Of a stretch of DNA of 64,000 nt, positions 58,019 to 64,000 are shown in pieces. Numbering within the stretch: position 1 is the stretch's first letter; each line of letters begins with the position of its first letter. The notes under the pieces were generated by a model. It saw only the letters and a program-made list of their open reading frames with translations. It made no database searches and was not told the DNA's origin. Origin of the DNA: Dehalococcoidia bacterium (GTDB taxonomy: Bacteria; Chloroflexota; Dehalococcoidia; UBA2979); contig CBDFJZ010000008.1 of the NCBI GenBank assembly GCA_965248675.1, positions 1,533,256-1,597,255 of the forward strand, read 5' to 3'. The position numbers and the translations under genes were made by a program.

Positions 58019-59393
58019 CTAGTCGATCCGTTCGATGAGGACCGCGGCCAGACCGAGGAACGCGAGGAAGCCGATCAGATCGGTGGTCGTGGTGACCCAG
58101 ATCCCCGCTGGAGAGCGCCGGATCCTGCTTGAGCCGGTGCAGGGTCATGGGGATCACGACGCCGGCGACGACGCCAACGATCACATTCACGAGCAGGGCG
58201 AAGCCGACGATCGCGCCGAGCCAGAGGTTGCCCTGCCAGGACGGTGATCGCGGCGCCGCCGCCGCCGGTGACGACGCCGACGACGAAGCCCGCGGCGAGT
58301 TCACGGCCGACCACATGGAGCGTGTCGCGCACGGCGAGGCGGCCGAGGGCGAGCGAGCGAACGACGACGGTGACGGTCTGGATGCCGGCGTTGCCGCCGA
58401 GGCCGCCGACGACGGGTAGGAACGCAGCGAGGACGGCGACGCGGGCGAGCGTGTCCTCGAACTGCGAGACGACCCAGGCGGCGGCGAGCACGGTGAGCAG
58501 GTTGACAGCGAGCCAGGGGAGGCGGTGACCGATCGAGCGGCGGATGCTGCGGAGGTCTTCGTCCTCGTTCACGCCGACGAGGCGGAACATGTCCTCGGTG
58601 GCTTCCTCCTCGAGGACGTCCATCAGGTCGTCGGGGGTGAGCGAACCGATCAGGTGGCCGTGTTCGTCGACGACGGGGAGCGCGAGCAGCTTGTACTGCT
58701 TGAGGGTGCGCGCGGCGTCTTCCTGGTCGGTTTCGGCGGTGACGCTGATCGGGTCGGTGACCATCAGCTGATCGGCGAGCGTGTGCGGCTGCGCGGCGAG
58801 CAGCGTGCGCAGGTTGAGGACGCCGCTGAGGCGTCGGTCGTCGTCGCACACGTAGAGGTAGAACGGCTGGCTGACATCGAGCGGAGCCCCGCGGAGTTCA
58901 GCGAGGATCTGCTGGGTGATCGACGTTCCAAGACGGTGACGAGCTGCCCGGTCATGCGGCCGCCGGCGGTTTCGTGGTGTTGGACCAGCAGCGCATCGAT
59001 CGCGTCCCGGCGCTCGCCCGGCAGGGCGTCGAGCACCGCGGCGGCGGTTTCGTCCGGGAGCGCCTGAATGACGTCCGTCGCGACGTCGTCATCCTCGAGG
59101 GCGAGCGTTTCGACGATCTGGTCGGGCGGGAGACCGGCCAGCAGGTTGCCTCGGAAGTGGGATTCGACGTAGTCGAGGGCTTCGGCGGCCGTCGCGGCGT
59201 CGGGCTGGAGCAGGACCCGGGCGCGTTCGTCGTCGTGGAGTCGCTCGAGCGCGTCGGCGAGCTCGGCTCCGTGCAGCGAGCGAGCGAAGTCGGCCGCGCC
59301 GCGGACGTCGGCCGCGGCGAGCATGGTCTCGAGGGTGAAGTCGGGACGTTCGTCCGCGGACGGGGAGCCCGGAGGCGGCTGGTCGCTGGTCAC
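58019..59393 (-). pseudogene. mgtE: Magnesium transporter MgtE, three frameshifts
   Basis: Four frame segments: N-domain (...LHDDERARVLL...DDDVATDVIQALPDE), CBS pair (FYLYVCDDDRRLSGVLNLRTLL...LALPVVDEHGHLIG), TM part (...FLPVVGGLGGNAGIQ...), and tail (WQGNLWLGAIVGFALLVNVIVGVV...DPALSSG / IWVTTTTDLIGFLAFLGLA). Shifts near 58928, 58236..58243 and C-run 58103..58106. Confidence 0.85.
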
Positions 59394-59502
59394 GGTTCGT
59401 CCTCGCGCGCGTCGCTAGCGTAGGAGACGGGTGCGCGAGCGAGGGAGCGAGGGGGCGGCGATTCGCGGCGGTGGTGGCCTTGGGGCGACCCGGGGCGCCG
59501 CG

Positions 59503-59952
59503 CTAGCGTCGTCGGCCGCTGAAGAAGCCGCGCACGCTGTCCCACATGCCGCCGCTGCCGACGCCCTCGAGGAAGCTGTCCCAGGCCTGCTCGGCCTTCA
59601 CGGCGCGGTTCCGGCCGCGGATCCGGTCATCGATGATGTCGCGCACGCGACCCTCTTCGCCGGCATCGAGCCAGAAGCCATGCTCCTGCTCGCAGGTGTC
59701 CAGTTCGAGGTCGTAGGCGCGGTAGTTGAACGCGACCATCGGTTCGCCGCAGACCGGGCAGCTCAGCTGGGAGTCGCGGCGGGCGTAGTCGATCATCCCG
59801 CTGCGGTGGCCGTGATCTTCCGTCTTGGTGGCCTCGAGCTCGTCGAGCTGGTGGTGATCGAGCCAGCGGCCGTTGCAGTCGGGGCAGTGATCGACCTCGA
59901 TGCCGTGCATGTGCTCCTCGATGAGTGGCGTCTGGTCGCGCGGACACTGCAT
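59503..59952 (-). CDS. Zinc-ribbon protein (TFIIB-type zf, two CxxC pairs twice)
   Basis: MQCPRDQTPLIEEHMHGIEVDHCPDCNGRWLDHHQLDELE...LSCPVCGEPMVAFNYRAYDLELDTCEQEHGFWLDAGEE. It is the 3' end of the spurious 428-aa track ORF 59503..60789. Confidence 0.7.
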   Translation of the reverse strand: MQCPRDQTPLIEEHMHGIEVDHCPDCNGRWLDHHQLDELEATKTEDHGHRSGMIDYARRDSQLSCPVCGEPMVAFNYRAYDLELDTCEQEHGFWLDAGEEGRVRDIIDDRIRGRNRAVKAEQAWDSFLEGVGSGGMWDSVRGFFSGRRR

Positions 59953-60110
59953 AGCGGGTCGTCCCGTCGGGGGTTGGTGGGTGATCTCAATCGTATCAGG
60001 CGATCGCCCTCGGAAATGGCCGCGCGGGTTGGTGGATCGCACCCGGCTGCGCGACATCCGCGTCTCCGCGACCTGCGCGGTGTACTTCGGCGGGCGAATG
60101 ACGTACCTGA

Positions 60111-60150
60111 TCGACGGTCGACGACGGTCGACGACGGTCGACGACGGTCG
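60111..60150. repeat. 10-bp tandem repeat x4 (ACGACGGTCG)
   Basis: tcgacggtcg acgacggtcg acgacggtcg acgacggtcg: three perfect copies plus one 1-mismatch copy, in the divergent intergenic region. Confidence 0.85.
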
Positions 60151-60249
60151 GCGCGAGCGGCTCGAGGACGCGCGAGCGGCTAGGCGACCGCGCGTTTCCG
60201 ACGGTAAGGTGCGCTCACCGCCGCGATCGCAGGGTGAGAGGGCCGATCG

Positions 60250-60753
60250 ATGACCGAGCAGACCGCGGTCGATCAGCGATTGTTTCGCGATGTGATGGGA
60301 ACGTTCGCGACCGGCGTCACGGTCGTGACGCTGAACGTCGATGACGAGCCGCGGGGGATGACCGCGAACGCCGTCGTCTCGCTTTCGCTGGATCCACCGC
60401 TGGTCGTGGTGTGCGTGCAGGATGGTGGATCGATGCACCCGCTGTTCGACCGCGCGGACGCCTTCGGCGTGAACATCCTGGCCGCCGACCAGCGCGCGAT
60501 CTCCGATCTGTTCGCCAGCCACGGTGAGCCCGAGGAGCCGATGGACGGGTTCGAGTACACAATTGGCAGCGCCGGCGTGCCGTTGCTGACGGGGACGCTG
60601 GCCCACGCGCAGTGCCGAATCACGGATCGCATGCCCGGTGGCGATCACACGATCGTGATCGGCGAGGCGGTCGAGGTCGGCTTCGGCGCCGAGGACGCGG
60701 CGCCGCTGGTGTTCTATCGCGGCGGGTACCGGGATCTGGCTCCCAGTACATAA
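60250..60753 (+). CDS. Flavin reductase (FMN-binding split-barrel domain)
   Basis: FRDVMGTFATGVTVVTL...MTANAVVSLSLDPPLVVVCV...GDHTIVIGEAV. Confidence 0.85.
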   Translation: MTEQTAVDQRLFRDVMGTFATGVTVVTLNVDDEPRGMTANAVVSLSLDPPLVVVCVQDGGSMHPLFDRADAFGVNILAADQRAISDLFASHGEPEEPMDGFEYTIGSAGVPLLTGTLAHAQCRITDRMPGGDHTIVIGEAVEVGFGAEDAAPLVFYRGGYRDLAPST

Positions 60754-60882
60754 CGACCGCGTTCCCGCGGTCCGGGGGTTCCCCCTCATACGAGCAGCCG
60801 GCGAGCGGCATAGTCTCCAATCGCATCATTAGCATTACAGAGGAACGCCCGGTCGCCGGCCGCCCGGGGGCTGGGAGGTGCG

Positions 60883-61986
60883 GTGGCGATCGAGTCGATC
60901 GGCGGCCCGAGCGAAGCCCTCGATGCCGAGGCGGCCGCCGCGCGTCCCAACCGCCGCGCCGACGTCGACCAGTTCGCAGCGGTGCTGACACGCCACCTCG
61001 ACCGTCCGCGGAGCGAGATCGCGGCGGTGCGGGCGGAGATCGCGTCGTTCCGAGGTGGTGGCGCGCTGTTCGCGCCGGCCGAGCGTGAGATCCCGGTCTC
61101 GACCTCGGCGTCGGAAGCGGCGCCGCGAGACGCGGCGGCACTGGCGGCGCGCTATGCCACGGGCGACTTGGACGATCCGTACGGCTGGCGGGCGATGGCG
61201 CGGCAGACCGCGGACGAGGTGATCGGGCCTGGCTACGGCTCGTTGTTCGAGCGCCAGATCGCGCAGGAGTCCGGTTTCGCCCCGGACGTGGTGTTCGGGA
61301 TTCGGCGCTCGAGCGCTGGCGCCGAGGGCATTGCGCAGCTGATGCCGCAGTACTACCCGACCGTCGACCGCGCCGATCCGGCTGCGGGTTTGCTGGCCGG
61401 CGCCCAGACGATGCGGCACTACCTGACGGCCTGGGACGGCGACGTGCGCAAGGCGCTCGCCTCGTACAACGCCGGGCTGGGACACGTCCGCTCGCTGGTC
61501 GAGGCGTACGGCGATCGCTGGGAAGATGCGTTGCCGGCCGAGACGAAGCAGTACCTGTCGGCGATCCTCGGGACCGACGCGCCACGATACGACCCGGCGC
61601 AGCCGTCCGAGGTGGCGGTGTTCGGCGGGCGCGGCCCGGGTGGGGTGCTGAGCGTCCCGGTCAGTGCCAGCTCGAGCCGCAACGGGCCGACCTGGATCGA
61701 TTACTTCGCGGCGGGCGGCGGCGAGGTGGACGCGCCGTCGGCCGGACAGGTGGTCGCCGTCGACCAGATCGGCGGTTTTCACTCCGTGTTGATCGATCAC
61801 GGCAACGGGTGGCGCAGCTCGCTGTTCGGCCTCGGCGCGGTCGCGCCACGGGTGGGCGACACGGTGCGGCGTGGCGAGGTGCTCGGATCGCTGCCCGGGG
61901 CGCCGGAGACGGCGGCGCAGTTGCGCCTCGCGATCAGTTACGAGGGCCGCGCACTCGATCCTCGACGGTACGTGCTACCGGTCTGA
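60883..61986 (+). CDS. Bifunctional peptidoglycan hydrolase: SLT lytic transglycosylase + M23 (LytM) peptidase
   Basis: SLT: FERQIAQESGFAPDVV...SSAGAEGIAQLMP...ALASYNAG. M23: VLIDHGNGWRSSLFGL...VGDTVRRGEVLG...RLAISYEGRALDP. Confidence 0.8.
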   Translation: MAIESIGGPSEALDAEAAAARPNRRADVDQFAAVLTRHLDRPRSEIAAVRAEIASFRGGGALFAPAEREIPVSTSASEAAPRDAAALAARYATGDLDDPYGWRAMARQTADEVIGPGYGSLFERQIAQESGFAPDVVFGIRRSSAGAEGIAQLMPQYYPTVDRADPAAGLLAGAQTMRHYLTAWDGDVRKALASYNAGLGHVRSLVEAYGDRWEDALPAETKQYLSAILGTDAPRYDPAQPSEVAVFGGRGPGGVLSVPVSASSSRNGPTWIDYFAAGGGEVDAPSAGQVVAVDQIGGFHSVLIDHGNGWRSSLFGLGAVAPRVGDTVRRGEVLGSLPGAPETAAQLRLAISYEGRALDPRRYVLPV

Positions 61987-62061
61987 TCCGCATGGTCGCG
62001 TCCCACGGCGAGTGCTACGATCTGCGGCGCGCTGGACGCCCCGCGTTCGCGTGCCATCGAT

Positions 62062-62138
62062 GGTGGGTGTGGCCCAGTGGTTAGGGCGCCAGGTTGTGGC
62101 CCTGGAGATCGGGGGTTCAAGTCCCCTCACCCACCCCA
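62062..62138 (+). tRNA. tRNA-His (anticodon GUG) with encoded G-1 and CCA
   Basis: G-GUGGGUG-UG-GCCC-AGUGGUUA-GGGC-G-CCAGG-UUGUGGC-CCUGG-AGAUC-GGGGG-UUCAAGU-CCCCU-CACCCAC-C-CCA. Confidence 0.9.
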
Positions 62139-62214
62139 TCGACCGTCGAGGCGCGCCTCCGGCCGCTGATCGCCGGTGCTACGATCCCGCTCTGACCGTT
62201 CGAAAGGTGGGCTG

Positions 62215-63378
62215 GTGCGCCGCCGATCGCTTTCGCTGCTGACGCTGGTTCCGCTGCTGCTCGCCGTCGCCTGTGGCGCCTCGGAGGAGGCGCCGGCCGG
62301 CACCGAGGGCGTGAGCGTCGGTGATCGCTACCTGCGTCTGTTCGAGGTCCGTGACTTCGGTGCGAGCCTGTTCGTCTATCAGCAGGAACTCCCGCCGAAC
62401 CTCGCGGAGCTGCTCAATCCGGGCCTGACGGAGGACACCCCCGAAGACGACATCATCGCGATCCCGGTCCCCGCGGAAGGTCTGCTGCTCGGCTCGTACC
62501 ATATCCGCCGCCGTGACGGGACGAACGAGATCTGGCTCGCGTACGACGTGCCCGGCCCCGATCCGGCGGTCGAGCTCGAGCTCCGACAGCTGATGGACCA
62601 GACGCCGTGGCAGGTGACCGGGGGCCAGTCCAACGAGCTGTTCGCGGCGGTGAGCTTCCAGAGCACGGTCTCCGGCGATATCGAGGGCTTCGTCACGGTC
62701 CAGGCGCTGCCCTCGACGCCGACGTTCACGGTGACCGTCGAGCGCGATGGCCAGATTCTCGAGCTGAAGCTGGCTCGCGGCGCGTTCATCCCCGGGATCG
62801 ACGCGCGGTTTCGGGAGCTGACCGACGCGCTCGAGGTGACGGACGTGCTGTCGGACGACCTCGTGCAGGTGGGCGACGTGATCGTCTCGGTGGGTGAGAT
62901 CGCGGTGAAGACGCGGCGCGACCTGTTCGCGGCGCTCCGCGCGCTCGGTGACAGCGGTGAGCCTCGGACGTCCGTGCTCTACCGGCTGACGATCCTGTCG
63001 CCGAGGACGGCGATCGATCCCGTGTTCGTGATCCCGCTCGAGCGGCCGTTGCCGGAAGGCTTCCCGGCGGACTTCCTGGTGGTGGAGGATCTGTCGGTGG
63101 TGGAAGTGTCCTGGGACAGCCAGACCGGCGGCGACATCTACCAGGTGACGATGGTGACGGAGCGTTCGGCGTTCGACGTCGCCGAGGACTACCGCGAGGC
63201 GCTCGCTAGCGCCGGCTGGGAGCTGGTCAGCGACGAAGCGCAGGGCTTCGGCACGGTGCTCAACTTCTCGGATGATCCAAATGGCCTCGTTGGTGTTGCC
63301 AACATCGATCAATTTCCATCTGACGAAACCCTGAACAGCGTGATCCTGCAGATCCAGGTGGGGCGCGGGACCAACTAG
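62215..63378 (+). CDS. Putative lipoprotein with a PDZ-like segment
   Basis: VRRRSLSLLTLVPLLLAVACG lipobox, then ...LVQVGDVIVSVGEIAVKTRRDLFAALRALG. The track ORF starts at 62176. Function unknown. Confidence 0.5.
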   Translation: MRRRSLSLLTLVPLLLAVACGASEEAPAGTEGVSVGDRYLRLFEVRDFGASLFVYQQELPPNLAELLNPGLTEDTPEDDIIAIPVPAEGLLLGSYHIRRRDGTNEIWLAYDVPGPDPAVELELRQLMDQTPWQVTGGQSNELFAAVSFQSTVSGDIEGFVTVQALPSTPTFTVTVERDGQILELKLARGAFIPGIDARFRELTDALEVTDVLSDDLVQVGDVIVSVGEIAVKTRRDLFAALRALGDSGEPRTSVLYRLTILSPRTAIDPVFVIPLERPLPEGFPADFLVVEDLSVVEVSWDSQTGGDIYQVTMVTERSAFDVAEDYREALASAGWELVSDEAQGFGTVLNFSDDPNGLVGVANIDQFPSDETLNSVILQIQVGRGTN

Positions 63379-63404
63379 CCCCTCGGTTCGCGACGGCGAC
63401 CACA

Positions 63405-63484
63405 GGGGTTGTTCTGACGCCTCACGGCAGGGCTGTTCAGGTGCCCGACGGCGGGGTCGTTCTGACGCCTCACGGCAGGGTTGT
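63405..63484. repeat. 32-nt direct repeat, 48-nt period
   Basis: GGGGTTGTTCTGACGCCTCACGGCAGGGCTGT (63405..63436) compared with GGGGTCGTTCTGACGCCTCACGGCAGGGTTGT (63453..63484). Confidence 0.75.
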
Positions 63485-63526
63485 CGATTCGCTGACTGAG
63501 CGTCTTCCCCGGTGCGGTGACCGCCG

Positions 63527-63907
63527 GTGCTTCCCGATGATGGACTCGGGAGTTCAGGCGTGGCCGATCTTCGCGTACAGAAGCCCGATCCGACCACCGA
63601 TCGGCCGCAGGCGGTGTCCCGCGACGGCGGCTCGGGGCCGCGAGAGCGCGGCGAAGAGTCAGCGCATTCCGATGAGCCGCCCGCCGGCGCCGAGGAACTG
63701 GCGGTGGCGCTGGCCGAATCGGATCGCGGACAGGCGCTGACCGCCCGCTATGAGGTGGGCAGCGACGGCGAACCGTTGATCCGGATCGTCGATCAGGCGC
63801 GCGGCGAGACGGTCGCGTTGATCAGCCCGGAAGAGCTGAAGGCGCTGGCCGAGGAAACCGGGCTTCCGCCGGGGCTCCTGGTCCGCGTCAGGTCGTCGGG
63901 GCGGTCG
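63527..63907 (+). CDS. flaG: FlaG-like flagellar protein (no stop before fliD)
   Basis: Own translation, frame opens after TGA 63518..63520: ...EELAVALAESDRGQALTARYEVGSDGEPLIRIVDQARGETVALISPEELKALAEETGLPPGLLV. This resembles the FlaG core (xFxVDxxTGxxVVxVVDxxTGEVIRQIPPEE). Start codon is uncertain (GTG 63527, 63560 or 63614). Confidence 0.45.
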
Positions 63908-64000
63908 ATGGTTCAGAATCGCATCACCTTCGGCGGCCTCGCGTCCGGGTTGGATACCAACGCGATCATCGATGCGCTGATGGACATCCAGCGGCGCCCG
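63908..64000 (+). CDS. fliD: Flagellar filament cap protein FliD, first 31 codons (runs off the right edge)
   Basis: MVQNRITFGGLASGLDTNAIIDALMDIQRRP is the canonical FliD N-terminus (I.F.GLASGLDT..II..LM). Confidence 0.75.
   Translation, partial: MVQNRITFGGLASGLDTNAIIDALMDIQRRP

Noticed and set aside
59394-59502. M-box (Mg2+) riboswitch upstream of mgtE.
   Set aside because: Only about 110 nt separate mgtE from the upstream same-strand gene, which is shorter than an M-box aptamer. I could not see its conserved helices.
60111-60150. CRISPR array candidates (this 10-bp array and the other small tandem repeats at 44774, 53127, 55755 and 63405).
   Set aside because: The repeats are too short or too few, have no unique spacers of 25-40 nt, and no cas genes are present.

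Overview
Very GC-rich bacterial chromosome segment (codon third positions are almost all G/C). I saw no rRNA, CRISPR array, transposase or integrase. The taxon cannot be named from sequence alone.

Gene content, left to right:
- SAM-cycle and salvage genes: ahcY (partial), a GNAT, mtnP, apt, plus plsX.
- A small redox locus: a CsoR-type repressor divergent from trxA, a ferredoxin:thioredoxin-reductase (FTR) catalytic-subunit homologue, and a tRNA-Sec gene.
- A large acyl-CoA metabolism island. It holds five family III CoA-transferase genes (two are tandem-fused double modules), a single-chain BC-BCCP-CT biotin carboxylase, a separate carboxyltransferase, two crotonases and an acyl-CoA dehydrogenase. 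An arylsulfatase, an SDR, a 2-hydroxyacid dehydrogenase, an LLM oxidoreductase and a DUF1800/DUF1501/NHL trio sit in the same stretch.
- A peptide-type ABC importer (binding protein and two permeases, no ATPases).
- A formylglycine-generating enzyme.
- A GNAT / PIG-L / glycosyltransferase cluster.
- A DarA-type c-di-AMP receptor and a cadherin-like surface protein.
- A flagellar neighbourhood: two flagellin paralogues, mgtE, an SLT+M23 hydrolase, tRNA-His, flaG-like and fliD (partial).

Top finding: the FTR homologue has an in-frame TGA exactly at the last Cys of its CPC...CPC...CHC motif. A SECIS-like hairpin (bulge plus GGUC loop) starts 12 nt downstream, the frame stays open for 84 more codons, and a convincing selC gene lies about 100 bp away. 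Together these make a candidate selenoprotein.

Caveat: the window also carries in-frame TAG codons in conserved genes and at least 15 frameshifts, mostly at short homopolymers and unevenly distributed. Sequence quality or gene decay must be resolved before any recoding claim.

All calls rest on my own reading of the translations and motifs. No database search was possible, and frameshift coordinates are approximate.
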